A stretch of 63,939 bases of DNA, filler included, from Reclinomonas americana ATCC 50394 (GCA_048213135.1; 4 parts of 2 records of this genome joined end to end with filler, not necessarily neighbours in it), one strand, 5' to 3'. Positions 11,875 to 25,307 are shown, numbered from the whole stretch's first letter. A program made the numbers and translations. Notes: generated from the letters alone by a model not told the origin.

Positions 11875-14800
11875 ATGAAGGTACGTGGAGATGACGGAAT
11901 GAGAGTGTGTCTGTGTGTGTCTCGTCGCGCATGGACATCGTCGACATCTGCACGTGTCTCACGCACACGCGCGCAATTTGCACGTGGCCTTTTCCACTCA
12001 CTGTCTGTCTATGCATCTGTCTCGCGTGTCTGTGCATGCATCGAGCGATCGCAATGCACAAAAGTGCACGGCCAAAGTGGTTTCGCGCCATGCTCATCTT
12101 TGCGCTTCTCTCTCAGGCGCCGCCCTGATGGAGGCCCATCGCAGTGCCAAGGCCAGCAGTGGTGCATCAGCTGCTGCATCAGCTGCATCGTCAGCATCCG
12201 GCGGTGCGGCTGCTGCATCAGCTGCTGGATCGTCGGCCGAGGAGCGATTGTTGCGAGCATTGGCGCCTGATGCGTCGCCGGCCTCGGCCGGCGACAACAG
12301 CAACAGAATAGGAGGCACAGGGCGCATTGGGTCGGGCAGTGGGGGCCATGATGACTCAGACGCAGCGCGATTTGTGCTGTTGCGTTTGTTGTTGTGTAGA
12401 AGGCAACTGGTGGGTGGTATTCAGACTGATTGAGTTGGCGATGTGCTGCAGTGCGTCGACGAGTCTGTTGTTGCCCGAGGAGCTCTTTCGCAGTCTGTTG
12501 GTGACGGATCAGGCGGCGCGAGAGGCGGCCACTGATAAGCGTTGCGCGGAAGTGGAAACGCCCCTGTTGTCTTTGAGAAACAAGAGATTGACTCTCTGTG
12601 CTTTGTGCAGTGGTGCACGATCTGTTGAATGTCAGGGGGAACCACGGCCAACCGCTGTTGTACTCGTATGTGGCGACGGTGCATCGATTCGCCTCGTGTT
12701 GTCCCTTTGGCGACGTTCGATCGAGGATGATGTGTGTGTTGGAGCAAATGGAAAAGGTGGGTTTTATCATCGGTGAATTCGAGGAAGCAGGTGGCGGTGG
12801 ATTGATTGCAGTGCGATGCAGGATCTCAAAATCCCTATTCCACGCACGTCGGTGATCCCCTCGCGGTTCATGAGGGCCTCCGATCGCGCGGTGGTGGTTG
12901 ACGATGTGTATCCTGGTGAGTGGGTTCAAAGGGCAAGGTGGTGTTTCGCGGATCGTGCACCTGTTTGTCTGTCTGCTCAACTGTACATGGTGTGCGTGTG
13001 CTTCTTGGGCTGCCTACCAATTGGCTGGTTTTCTTTCTGTGTTCTTTCTCTCTCGGTGTGTTCTATCCTGGCTGTCACTCGCTCATGCATTGTTTGTTTG
13101 TGTGTCTGTGCATCGCCCGTTGTGCGTGTCTGTCTGAATGCACTCTCTCTCTCTCTCGCATTGTCTGCTTGTCGACCAACTAGCTTGACTCACATTCATT
13201 CTGCATGTCGTTTTTCCTGTCTCTCTTGCACACGCACGCACACTGTCGTTCTTCCCTCGTTGATGCTCTACTTGTGTGTTAGTGAGCGTCTCTCTGACTC
13301 ACTTTCGGTCTGCGTTTCTAACTTTCTGTCTTCTCTTTACACGCACACACTGTCTCGTTGTCTCCTCTGCTGTCCTTGCTTTCTTTTGTCTCGTGATTAT
13401 CTCTTCGTCTTAGCGTGCCTCTCAATTTTCGCTTTCTTTCTCGCTGACTAACTTTCTCTGTCAGTCTACTCTGACTCAGTCTGCCTCACTGTCTTTCTTT
13501 CTGCCCCATCCTACTCTCTCCCTCTCCCTTCCCCTCCTCCCTTCCCCCTCTCTCCCTTCCCCTTCTCCCCCTCCCCTCCTATCCCTTTCCCTTTGCCTTC
13601 CCCTCATATCCCTTTCCCTTCTNNNNNNNNNNNNNNNNNNNNNNNNNNNNNNNNNNNNNNNNNNNNNNNNNNNNNNNNNNNNNNNNNNNNNNNNNNNNNN
13701 NNNNNNNNNNNNNNNNNNNNNNNNNNNNNNNNNNNNNNNNNNNNNNNNNNNNNNNNNNNNNNNNNNNNNNNNNNNNNNNNNNNNNNNNNNNNNNNNNNNN
13801 NNNNNNNNNNNNNNNNNNNNNNNNNNNNNNNNNNNNNNNNNNNNNNNNNNNNNNNNNNNNNNNNNNNNNNNNNNNNNNNNNNNNNNNNNNNNNNNNNNNN
13901 NNNNNNNNNNNNNNNNNNNNNNNNNNNNNNNNNNNNNNNNNNNNNNNNNNNNNNNNNNNNNNNNNNNNNNNNNNNNNNNNNNNNNNNNNNNNNNNNNNNN
14001 NNNNNNNNNNNNNNNNNNNNNNNNNNNNNNNNNNNNNNNNNNNNNNNNNNNNNNNNNNNNNNNNNNNNNNNNNNNNNNNNNNNNNNNNNNNNNNNNNNNN
14101 NNNNNNNNNNNNNNNNNNNNNNNNNNNNNNNNNNNNNNNNNNNNNNNNNNNNNNNNNNNNNNNNNNNNNNNNNNNNNNNNNNNNNNNNNNNNNNNNNNNN
14201 NNNNNNNNNNNNNNNNNNNNNNNNNNNNNNNNNNNNNNNNNNNNNNNNNNNNNNNNNNNNNNNNNNNNNNNNNNNNNNNNNNNNNNNNNNNNNNNNNNNN
14301 NNNNNNNNNNNNNNNNNNNNNNNNNNNNNNNNNNNNNNNNNNNNNNNNNNNNNNNNNTGGTGTTTCACAAGAGGCGGTGCGTATGCGAAGAGGAGAGGGC
14401 ACTGGCGGAGATGTGAAAGATGGCTAATGTCTTGTGTCGTTGCGCAGGATTTGTTTATCCCGCGCTTGCACCAAAAGCTGCGCCGCTGCTACACGTCGTC
14501 GCTGCCGAACTCCATGTCATCGTCGTCGCTGTCGCGTGACGAGGCCGACTTGGATGCGGTGGAAGCGTCGCTCCTCTACCTGGGATCGGAGGCTGACGAG
14601 AGCAGTGCGGCGGCGCTGGCGGCCTCTGGTGGTGCGTATTTTCGAGGGAGAAGAGTGACGACTTGCATTTGTGTCTCACGCGTCGATGCGTGGGAGCAGA
14701 TTTGCGCGACGGTACAGAAGATCTGCTGCAAAAGCTAAATATTATGCCGCTGGAGGAGGATGATGAGCTGACGGAGGATGAGGAGCACCGGCATGCCGCG

Positions 14801-15863
14801 TTTGAGATTGCCGGGTTGCTGGAGGAGTCGTCTGGTGGGTGGATGGAGGGGGAAAAGGAGAAGGGGAAGGCGGGGAGGAGAAGGGAGGGGAGGGAGGGAG
14901 GGAGAAAGCAACTGTGGTTGTGAGTGTAAGGAAGCAAGAGAGAGATGGGAGAGCGTGATTCTGTGCGTGGGTGTGTGAGCACGATCGTGTGAGAGAGAGA
15001 GAGAGCGCGTGGTGGTACACATTCTTTCACATCTCCCCTTCTTGCCGCGTTCTGCGATGCCGTCGCCTGTATCTTCCGCCACTCTTTTTTTGCGTGTGTG
15101 TCGTCGAGTGGTTGCGTGTGTGCATGCTTGCATTTTCACAGTTGATTCCAAGAGCTCACTTTGCCTCGCCCACTCTTTCGTACTTTTGCGTTCACGTGCG
15201 CACTCATGCAGAGAGCCAAGCGTTCTTGTGATTGTATGTGTGAGAGAGTGCGTGTGCGTATTTGTGTGAGGGTGTTATATGTGCGTTGTGTGTGTGTGTG
15301 TGTGTGTGTGTNNNNNNNNNNNNNNNNNNNNNNNNNNNNNNNNNNNNNNNNNNNNNNNNNNNNNNNNNNNNNNNNNNNNNNNNNNNNNNNNNNNNNNNNN
15401 NNNNNNNNNNNNNNNNNNNNNNNNNNNNNNNNNNNNNNNNNNNNNNNNNNNNNNNNNNNNNNNNNNNNNNNNNNNNNNNNNNNNNNNNNNNNNNNNNNNN
15501 NNNNNNNNNNNNNNNNNNNNNNNNNNNNNNNNNNNNNNNNNNNNNNNNNNNNNNNNNNNNNNNNNNNNNNNNNNNNNNNNNNNNNNNNNNNNNNNNNNNN
15601 NNNNNNNNNNNNNNNNNNNNNNNNNNNNNNNNNNNNNNNNNNNNNNNNNNNNNNNNNNNNNNNNNNNNNNNNNNNNNNNNNNNNNNNNNNNNNNNNNNNN
15701 NNNNNNNNNNNNNNNNNNNNNNNNNNNNNNNNNNNNNNNNNNNNNNNNNNNNNNNNNNNNNNNNNNNNNNNNNNNNNNNNNNNNNNNNNNNNNNNNNNNN
15801 NNNNNNNNNNNNNNNNNNNNNNNNNNNNNNNNNNNNNNNTCCCTACCGCCACCGTCGTCTCTC

Positions 15864-15914
<51 letters not shown>

Positions 15915-16172
15915 CCTAGTTTTCTTCTTCCCTGTTCCACCTGGCTTCACGCGGTCTTGCGGAGCTGTGTGTGGAATGTGGAGAGGAGGCGATTTTTGTG
16001 TGCTGCGTGGTGCGCCCAGTTTATTGCGCTCCACTGTCTTCCGATTTTGTGTCGCCCGTTCCTCTCTCGCTTCCTGTTCTCCGCACTCATCGCGAACGCG
16101 TGTGTGCCGTATCATTTCTCTGTCTCCCCCGCCTCGTAATCAGTGGTATGTACCAAGACTACCTTCGTTTAG
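11875..16172 (+). CDS. Hypothetical multi-exon protein (Ala/Ser-rich N-terminus, acidic C-terminus)
   Basis: GT-AG-bounded coding-like segments at about 12117-12915, 14448-14630 and 14700-14835. A probable last exon at 16144-16172 ends VCTKTTFV*. No family recognised; two gaps lie inside. Confidence 0.45.
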
Positions 16173-16212
16173 GTGTTTTCCTTTCATTTCTACATGCCTG
16201 TTGGCGATTTAA

Positions 16213-17365
16213 TTATGTGGTTCCCTCGGAGCCTGGCGACGACGCTATTGAGATGGACGGCAGCGAACCAGCAGCCATGTGCGACTCGTGAGACATGGTG
16301 GCGAGGCTGTTGCTGCTGAGTGAAGTCGGCATTATTGGCGACTTGATGCGCTTGTACGGTCGCGGAATGCCGCTGTTGTGGAAAAAGAACACCACGAGGA
16401 GCATGGAGACGAATTGCGAGGAGACCATGAGCAGGCCCTGTATGTGGCGGAAGGTCAAGCGTGAGAGAAACGGGAGAAGTGGGCGCGACGATTGTGAACC
16501 ATGGGGGTTTCATAGGTCCACGGTTGTGCCGTCAGCGTGCCGGCCACGTTGAGGACGATGAGCACTGCGGTTCGGGTCAATGAGTGGGGTGCCACGGGCA
16601 GAGACGCAGACGCACATCTCTCTGCAGACCATTGGTGACGGTAAACGCGACGGCCATGACGGCGGTCTTGAGCAGCGCTCTCCGCAAGCCCTGCCGAATG
16701 CCCTTGGAATGTCGAGCATACACTTGCGTGTTGCGCGTGAACAGCGTCACCATGGTCAGCACTGCGACGCGAGTGAGCGCTGCCAGTCCAGTGCTCCCAG
16801 AAACCGCACAAACACACCAATGGGAACCGCCAGCGACAAGGTGAGGAGGGCGAGCGTGAGCAAGTACATGACCAGCATCTTGAAGCACGGTTCCGGCGGC
16901 TCCGTCTGTCAACAACAGCAAGGTGAGGAGCGATGACGAGGCCGGGAGGAGGCCAGCACACAGGCGCACCACAAACAACTCAAGACACCCTTTGGCCGTG
17001 ACACCAAAAGAGAAGTGAGTGAGAAAAACGCGCATGCAAAGACAACAAAACCGAACCGAAAGCTGCATGAAAGAGGTCAGTGAGCAAGCCACAGCGCGCA
17101 GCGTCCTTTTCCCACAACAGCAGGATCGCACCTGTAGCAATGACACTCATAATCGCCGCAGCTGCAGCCATGGAAACCGCAATGGCAAGCGACACAACAA
17201 CCCAGGCAGCTGCCCGTCCATTGTGGCCTGGAGGAGGATGGCAGAGATGGAGAGAACAGGAGAGAACATTGACGTCGACGTCGGAGAAACTGTCAACGTT
17301 GCGATCGCTATGACTGCAACGCTCACCCACATGTACATAATGAAGCTTCTGCTCATCATACGTGC
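16213..17365 (-). CDS. Multi-pass membrane protein of unknown function (possibly 7TM-like); start uncertain
   Basis: Several hydrophobic exon segments (FIMYMWVSVAVIAIATLT, AWVVVSLAIAVSMAAAAAIMSVIAT, LTRVAVLTMVTLF, LLKTAVMAVAFTV, GLLMVSSQFVSMLLVVFFF) precede a Ser-rich tail. Confidence 0.5.
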
Positions 17366-17597
17366 AGGTGGGAGGCGCACAGCTCTCAAGCAAAAGAGAG
17401 AAAACGTCAACGTCGGAGAAACCGGCGAATGCAATTGTGTTCGCTTTGCAAGTTGAGGAAGGGATATCGCTCACCGCACTCACCCACACAGTGTGTAGTG
17501 TATCTTCCTACACACAACCCTCGCGTGCATCCGCCACAGTTGTCCCTCTGTCATTCACAGTTTTCGCGCCAACTTCGCAACAGAAATCCGAACAGAG

Positions 17598-19798
17598 ATG
17601 TGGCGCGAGGTGGGCACCGCCGCCTCCCTCAGCCTCTTCTCCTCCATCTACGCCGCCCTCGTGCTCCGCCACAGCGCGACCACTCCTCCCGGCCTCACTC
17701 GCCTCCTCGCCGCGCTTCCCGTCTTCCCTCTCCTGTTAAGCGCGCCTTTTGCCCTGGATGGCGCCACCTATCCCGTCGCCTGCACCCTCGCCTCCTTCAC
17801 CATCTCCTGGCTCACTCTCGTGAAGATCCTCGCCTTGTGCTTCAACCGCGGCTCTCTGGCCGACGAACGCCTCTCTGCGCTGCAGTTTGTGGTGTGTGCG
17901 CTGTTGCCGATTGTGCCCGAGAGGCGAGCGCATGTGGAGAAGAACTCGATGCGGGCGTTGCTGGTGGTGTTGCTGGCCAAGACAACGGCTCTCGGGCTGT
18001 TGTTGCGCGTGCTGACGTCAGAGAGGTGGGCGGCGTTGTTGCCGCCGGTGGCGGTGCATTTGGCGTATGCTTTCGCCTTGTACTTCTTCTTGGGATTGGT
18101 GTTGGATGGACCGGCGGCGGCGGTGTTGAGTGCGGTGGGCATTCATACGGTGGGTGTGAGGGGGAAGGGGGAAAGGGGGAAGGAAGGGGAGGGAAGGGGA
18201 AGGGGAGGGGAAGGAGGGGAAGTAACTCAATCATGAGGCAGTCTCTCTGCATGTCTCTCTCTCTGTCTGTCTGTCTCTCCATCTCTCTCCACTACTTGAG
18301 AAGCTCTATTCCTCAGCCTGGCTGCCGCTTATCCTCCTCTTCACTTGCTTATATGCACTGAATAGCATTCTTCTTTGATCGCTGCTTCTACGTCTCTCGC
18401 CCTCTACTGGAGAAGCTGCGATCCTCTGTCGGGCTGGCACTCAACTACTTCTATCGTTCTCTGTCTTACATGGCGTGCAGTTGACGAATGGCATGCTGCG
18501 TCTCTCGCTCCACTTGACAAGCTGTGACCCTCTCCATTGCCAGCACTGCATGCAGTCGACGAACGGCATGCTTCGTCTTCGATCGCTGTCTCTTCCTCAT
18601 GAACTGCACTCTTCAACCTGGCTGCCACCCAACCCTACTCCATTCACTGTCTTTCCAGTACTGACAAATGGCATGCTGCCGTCCTTCCCTATCTAGCACG
18701 GCGTGCGGTCGATGAATGGCCTGCTGTGCCTCTCGTTCCTGTCTCATTCTATCCTATACTTGACGAACTGCATTGCCGGCCACGTCTGCCGCCCAACACC
18801 TTCCATTCCTTTCTTTCCAGCACATGTTTAGCGTGATGTATGTCATGCTGTGCCTCTCGTTCTCTGTGGCTCTGTCTCTCTCCTCCTACCTCATGACTTG
18901 AGTTCTTCAGCCTGGCCGCCACTCAGCCTCATCCGTTCCTCACTTTCCAGCACATCTTGCAGTCGACGAATGTCACTCTGCGCCTCTCATACGCTCTTTC
19001 CTCATCGCTCCCTCTGCCATCCAGCCCTTTCCGTTCCTCTCTTTTCTGCACATCGTGAAGTTCACAAACGGCGTGATGTGTCTTTCTGTTCCTCATCCTC
19101 ATCCTCATCCGACTCTTCCCTCCTGCGTCTTCCTTTCTTTGCATCTTCTCGTCTCTGCGCTCCTGAGCCCTTCTGCCACTCATCCTTCTCCTTCCCTGAC
19201 CTTCCCCTTTCCCCCTTCCCAGCGCGCCCACTTCCGCGAACCCTACCTCGCCTCCTCCGTCCGCGAATTTTGGGGATTCCGCTGGAACCTGGTCGCCGGC
19301 GACACCCTGCGCCGCCTCTTTTATGATCCGTGGGTGGACGGGTGTCTGGTGAAGCCTGCGGCGGGTGACGAAAAGACTACACCACGTCGTGAGCCGTCGG
19401 CGCTCATCAAGTACATTGTTGCGTCGAATGCCGCACATTACCCCACACGCGCGTGTACCTCACTTTTTTCTCCCTTTCCCTCCCCCCAGGCCACACAATC
19501 GGCATTCTGTGCCAGCGGCCTGCTCCACGAGTTGATTCTGTGGCAGCTGTCGCGCCAGCCGCCCACCTGGGAGTGGTTCCTGTTCTTCTCGCTGAACGGA
19601 CCTCTGATTTTGCTGGAGCAGTTGGTGGAGTGGGAGCGCATTCCGCGCTGGGTGCGTGTGCCCATCACGCTCGGCTGGCTCATGTTCCTCGGCGAGATGT
19701 TCTTCTTCCCGCCGGTGGCGCGCCACGGCATCGACAAGATGGTGGTCGGAGCCGTCTACGATGTGTACAAGTCGGCAGTGGGTATGATGGCCTCGTAG
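17598..19798 (+). CDS. MBOAT long-chain-alcohol O-acyltransferase / wax-synthase-like protein
   Basis: Exons 17598-18149, 19223-19417 and 19490-19798. Motifs: HFREPYLASSVREFWGFRWNL, AFCASGLLHE (catalytic His), WEWFLFFSLNG and FFFPP. Confidence 0.88.
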
Positions 19799-19911
19799 TC
19801 CGCTCTCACGCCCCCCCCCCCTCATTTACTTTCAATGAAATTCAATCACCGACGCGTGTCTTTTTACTCGGCTGAAAAGAGCGCAGTGCGATGCAGTGCA
19901 TGCTGCGCAGC

Positions 19912-22900
19912 TTACACCTTGTACTGGAACACGGCGAGGGCAATGCTCTGCGGCTCCATGGTGACGGTGATTTGGTAAATGTTGCCGGAGACGCGCACTA
20001 GCGACACGTTTTCCTTCACCAGCTCGGCCGAGGCCACAAGCTGCTGAATCTGCTGCTGCGTCGGGTACATCGGCTGGCCCTGCTGCTGCCAGGCTGCAAA
20101 GTGGCGGACAAGGGGGATATCATGAGATCCCACAACGCAGCAAGGGGACTGAGATAGAATGCACGCAACTCTTGAAGGGATTCACGTGCGTGCTGTCGAT
20201 GCGGTACAACAGGACATCGCCCGGAATGGCTCCCGGCTGCTGGCCCAAGTCGAACTGCAGCTGCACGGTCTCCGTCTGCACCGGTGGCGGCGGCTGGTTG
20301 TAGTAAATGGGATAAAAGTTGGTCAGCAGGGCCGACACGGAGACGGACTGGCCAGAGGCGGGGCTGTTGTTGACAGTGACCAGCGCGTCGACAGTGCCCT
20401 CTGCGAGTCGTGGAGGAATGAGAAAAGGCAAAGATGGCAAGCGAAAAAGAGAGACGCAACGAGTCTGCGAGTACACGATGCGATTCTGCATCATGTGCAG
20501 CAGCTGCATGGCGCGGTGTCCGGGCTTGGCGACGTTCTGCGGGCACAGCGAGTTAGGATAGAGGAAGTGGACGGCACGAGAAGGAAGGCATGCAACGCAC
20601 GTGGATGGTGATGAGGCCGAACTTCTGGTTGAACGGCGTCGAATCCATGCCACCCTCCTGCGGTCGGGTGAGACAAGACACCAAGAGAGCGAAAGCATTC
20701 CCCTTCTACATCCCCGCGCACCTCAAAAATGTCGGTAAAGGTCCAGAAGCTGAGGGTCGTCACACCGGCGGCGTACAGGCGCTGCGAGGCGAGTGCCATG
20801 TGCCCGAGGAACGCGGCCGTGTACTGTCCGTCGGCAACATTGGTGCCGAGACCCGAGTTGAACTCGGTGATGACGAGTGGCTTNNNNNNNNNNNNNNNNN
20901 NNNNNNNNNNNNNNNNNNNNNNNNNNNNNNNNNNNNNNNNNNNNNNNNNNNNNNNNNNNNNNNNNNNNNNNNNNNNNNNNNNNNNNNNNNNNNNNNNNNN
21001 NNNNNNNNNNNNNNNNNNNNNNNNNNNNNNNNNNNNNNNNNNNNNNNNNNNNNNNNNNNNNNNNNNNNNNNNNNNNNNNNNNNNNNNNNNNNNNNNNNNN
21101 NNNNNNNNNNNNNNNNNNNNNNNNNNNNNNNNNNNNNNNNNNNNNNNNNNNNNNNNNNNNNNNNNNNNNNNNNNNNNNNNNNNNNNNNNNNNNNNNNNNN
21201 NNNNNNNNNNNNNNNNNNNNNNNNNNNNNNNNNNNNNNNNNNNNNNNNNNNNNNNNNNNNNNNNNNNNNNNNNNNNNNNNNNNNNNNNNNNNNNNNNNNN
21301 NNNNNNNNNNNNNNNNNNNNNNNNNNNNNNNNNNNNNNNNNNNNNNNNNNNNNNNNNNNNNNNNNNNNNNNNNNNNNNNNNNNNNNNNNNNNNNNNNNNN
21401 NNNNNNNNNNNNNNNNNNNNNNNNNNNNNNNNNNNNNNNNNNNNNNNNNNNNNNNNNNNNNNNNNNNNNNNNNNNNNNNNNNNNNNNNNNNNNNNNNNNN
21501 NNNNNNNNNNNNNNNNNNNNNNNNNNNNNNNNNNNNNNNNNNNNNNNNNNNNNNNNNNNNNNNNNNNNNNNNNNNNNNNNNNNNNNNNNNNNNNNNNNNN
21601 NNNNNNNNNNNNNNNNNNNNNNNNNNNNNNNNNNNNNNNNNNNNNNNNNNNNNNNNNNNNNNNNNNNNNNNNNNNNNNNNNNNNNNNNNNNNNNNNNNNN
21701 NNNNNNNNNNNNNNNNNNNNNNNNNNNNNNNNNNNNNNNNNNNNNNNNNNNNNNNNNNNNNGCCAAAGTCCAGGCGCGCAATGTCGGCCGCCAGCATAAG
21801 GCGGTCCTCGAAACCGGTGCGCGTCATCTGCACCTGCGGGTCGGTCGGGTACAGGTGCGTGGTGACAAAGTCGAGCGGATCGCCGCTCGATTGGATGTAG
21901 TCGGAGAAGGCGGTGAGCCAGCCGGTTTGCGCGGTGGCCGGGCCGCCGACCTGCGATAAGGGGAAGGGAGAGGGGGGGAAGGGAGAAGGGGGAAGGGGGA
22001 GGGGGAAGGGGGAAGGGAGAAGGGAGAAGGTAAGAGGAGGGAAGGGAGAGGGGGGAAGGGAGAAGGTGAGATGAGGGGAAAGGGGAAAGGAGGAAGCGGG
22101 AGAGCGAGGAGAAAGTGAGAAATTGAGAGAAGAGGAACAGAAGGAGGGAGGGAGTGCGGGACAGACTGAAAAGACAGAAAATGGTGAGTGACAGGGACGG
22201 AGCAAGGGGTGCCATCAGAAAGCACCCGCAAGGCGGAGAATCAGCAAGCGCAGAGCAGAATGGAAAGTGAACAAGTGATCGCAAGGGTACCATGAGAGAG
22301 CGCGCAAGGAAGATAAAATAGCGCACGCGAGAGACAAGAGGATGGAAAGAGACCGTCTGAAGGGAGCCATTAGAGAGCGCACGCAAAAGGGCAAAAAAGA
22401 ATACGAAAGTGAGAGGCAAGAAGAGAGAGCGAGTGAAGACAACGATGCACCAGAGAATAAGAACGAAAAAGAGAAAAGGCCGTGGAAGATACGAACAGAG
22501 ATATGCACAATCGAGAAGAGGAGAAGAGATAATTTGCAACGACAAGAAAGTTCTCCGCAGTTGATGCACACCTGCAGATTCGGATCGGCAGCCTTAATGG
22601 CACGCGACGTGTGGTGGTACAGCTCGTAGTAGGCAGTGCGGTTGCCGGCATCCTCGCCGCATCCGTTCTGCACGTAGAAGAAGCTGCAGGCCCAGAGAGA
22701 CTGAATCAGCTCCACTCTACTGTCTCGCTCACTATCACCAGCTAACTCGCACTCACCCGCAGTTCGGCTCGTTCCACACCTCGAACATCATGCCGTCGCT
22801 ACCGTAGCGCTGGCTGAGGTGGGTGGCGAGGTCGTAGATGAAGGCGTCCCACTTGTTGTAGTCGCGAGGGGGAGTGATGTTGCCTGAGAGAGGAGGGATG

Positions 22901-24589
22901 GGGAATGGATGAGGGAGGGGGGAGAGTGAGGGAAAGGGGGAAGGGGAGGGAGAGTGGGGAAAGAAGAGAGGAGAGAATGAGGGAGGGCGAGAGGGTGAAG
23001 AGATTGCTGCGAACAACAGAGAAGACGGAAGGGGAGACCGAGAAATACAGAGGCAGACAACTGCAGAGAGCAACAACAAAGAGAGAGCTCTACAGAGGGA
23101 CAGAAAACATAGACAAAGGAAGGAGGTGAATCACAGCGACAAAAAGGATAGAGAATGACATGCGTCTTGTGAGGCTGCAGGTGCATGAACACATGCCTGC
23201 ATAAGGAGATCGACTTCAAGCGTAGCAGTGCAGGGGAAAGAGCGAGGGAGAAAGAGAGAAGAGCAAACACTCCTGCGCATGACAAACCCTTGTAGTGGAA
23301 CACATACTGCTCCCCGCGGGCGAGGTCCTCCGGCATGAAGCTCAGCTCGATAATGGGCTGTGCAAGAGTGAGCAACAGCAACGCCAATGCACTCAACAAC
23401 TCGCTACCAACCTTCACGTTGATGCTCTGCAAAAAGTCAAACACCGAATCAATGTTGAAGTAGTTGCCCTGGCCATTCAGGTACGCCGACATGTCGTCGT
23501 CCAGCAGACCTGCAATCATAGTCAGACGAAACAACTCGACAGCAACGAGACTGGTGAGTGAACGATGAGTGGCAAACCATGGAAGCGCACACGCTTGAAA
23601 CCGGCTTCGGTGTGGCTGCGACGGAGGTGGGCGCGCCAGTCCTCGCTGCAAAGCGCAGAACAAGAAGGGTGAGGCAAACAGAGACACAGAGAGTACACGC
23701 AAAGAGAGAATGAGTGAAACGGAGAGAGTGCGAGAGAGAGAGAGAGCGAGAGCAAGAGTGAGAGTGAGACAGAGAGCGAGGGAGAGGAGAGTCGTGAGAG
23801 TACACGCAGTCGGAGGATACGTTCCGAGATGCGACAGAACGCACGCAAAGAGGGAGCGGAGAGAGAGTAAGTGAGACAGAGAGAGTGAGAGACAGGGCAG
23901 TCGGAGGATGCATTCCGAGATGTGATAGAAAGCACGCAATGAGAGAGCGAGTGAGACAGAGAGAGTGTGACTACGGGGAGGGAGCGTGAGGGAGACGGAG
24001 AGGGAGAGTCGTGAGAGCACGCGCAATCGGAGGAACAGCATCCATATTCCGAGATGCGATTGAATGCATGACGGAATGCATGCACAGAGAGAGAGAGAGA
24101 GAGAGAGAGACTACAGGAGAGAGGGAGAGAAGATGCAGAGCATGCAAGAGAGCAATGAGAAGAAGAGCTCAAGAGGGGGTCACTGTCTTCCGCTCTCTCA
24201 CTGACACAAGAATGCACAACTTGTCTCTTTCTCTCTCTCCCCTGTTCTCACTCTCTCTCTCTCTCTCTCTGTGCACACATGCACGTGCAGAAGCTCATCT
24301 CACACACAATGCATCTCCCCTGTCATCTCTCCTCTCTCACATACACTCACCGCAAGCCAAGCAGCGCATGCCCCGAGCCCACACACTCCTCCCACGGCCG
24401 CGCCAGCGGCTGCGTGGCTATTCCGGGCTTGAGGTTCACTGTGAAGGCCACACTGCCTGCGCCTTCCACTTCTGAGGAAGACTCGTCATGATCGTTCACC
24501 AGCAACACATCCTTGGCGGAGGCAGTGGTGTACACGGCGGCGAGTGCGAGAAGCACAGCGAGGAGGAGCGCGAGAGTTGCGCGTTGCAT
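19912..24589 (-). CDS. Secreted glycoside hydrolase family 39 (beta-xylosidase / alpha-L-iduronidase family)
   Basis: Signal peptide MQRATLALLLAVLLALA, then CVGSGHALLGLR|EDW, RVRFHGLLDDDM, PIIELSFMP, FEVWNEP (acid/base Glu), VGGPATA, LDFVTTHLYP, LVITEFN (nucleophile Glu) and SFWTFTDIFEE. Confidence 0.93.
23760..24065. repeat. Three degenerate direct repeats in the first GH39 intron
   Basis: GCA.TCGGAGGA....TTCCGAGATG.GA occurs at about 23806, 23897 and 24023. Confidence 0.7.
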
Positions 24590-24729
24590 CGTGCGCCAAT
24601 GCGGTGTGGTGGGACGTAGGTGTCGGAAGAACGTCGCAGCTCGTGAATGGCAAGTAAACGGTGGTTGTTCTTGAGTGCGATGGAGAGGGCAGGCACTGGT
24701 GAGTAGAATGATATGTGGCAAGCTGAGTG

Positions 24730-25190
24730 GAAATGAGTGGATCTTGTGCTGCAGTCGTCTTCGAAGAGGGGCCACAAATTTCAGTGATCGCGCCACCACT
24801 CGACAACAAAGAGTCAAAGTGTGGGCCTTATTTTGGTTGCCGAGGTGAGCGACGCAAGGCGAGTAGGATGATGTGCAGCATGGTGTGAGTGAGTGAGTGG
24901 ATCTTGCGTTTGCTGTCGTCACATTGTCGACGTAAATAAGGCCCACAAAATTCAATGATCGCGACACCACTCGACAACAAAGAGTCAAAGTGTGGGCCTT
25001 ATTTTGGTTGCCGGGGTAGGTGAAGAGAGACGAGTAAGATGGCATGCAGCATGGTGCGAGTGAGTGAGCGGATCTTGCGTTTGCTGTCGTCACATTGTCG
25101 ACGTAAATAAGGCCCACGAATTTCAATTATCACGCCACCACTCGACAACAAAGCCTCAATGTGTGGGCCTTATTTTGGTTGCCGAGGTGA
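24730..25190. repeat. ~171-bp tandem repeat (about 2.7 copies) with an internal inverted repeat, between divergent genes
   Basis: Units start at about 24736, 24897 and 25067. AAATAAGGCCCACA (24934-24947) pairs with TGTGGGCCTTATTT (24991-25004). Confidence 0.9.
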
Positions 25191-25307
25191 GTGAAGAGAG
25201 GCGAGAAAGATGGCATGCAGCAAGCCTCACACAGCCTCCTCCACAACGAGGAACAACGAAGCGTCGCCGAAAAGTCCTGTCCCTCACTCTTCTCCGTCAC
25301 TCATCGC

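Noticed and set aside
24730-25190. CRISPR array
   Set aside because: The whole unit repeats with no unique spacers, the context is eukaryotic and there are no cas genes.
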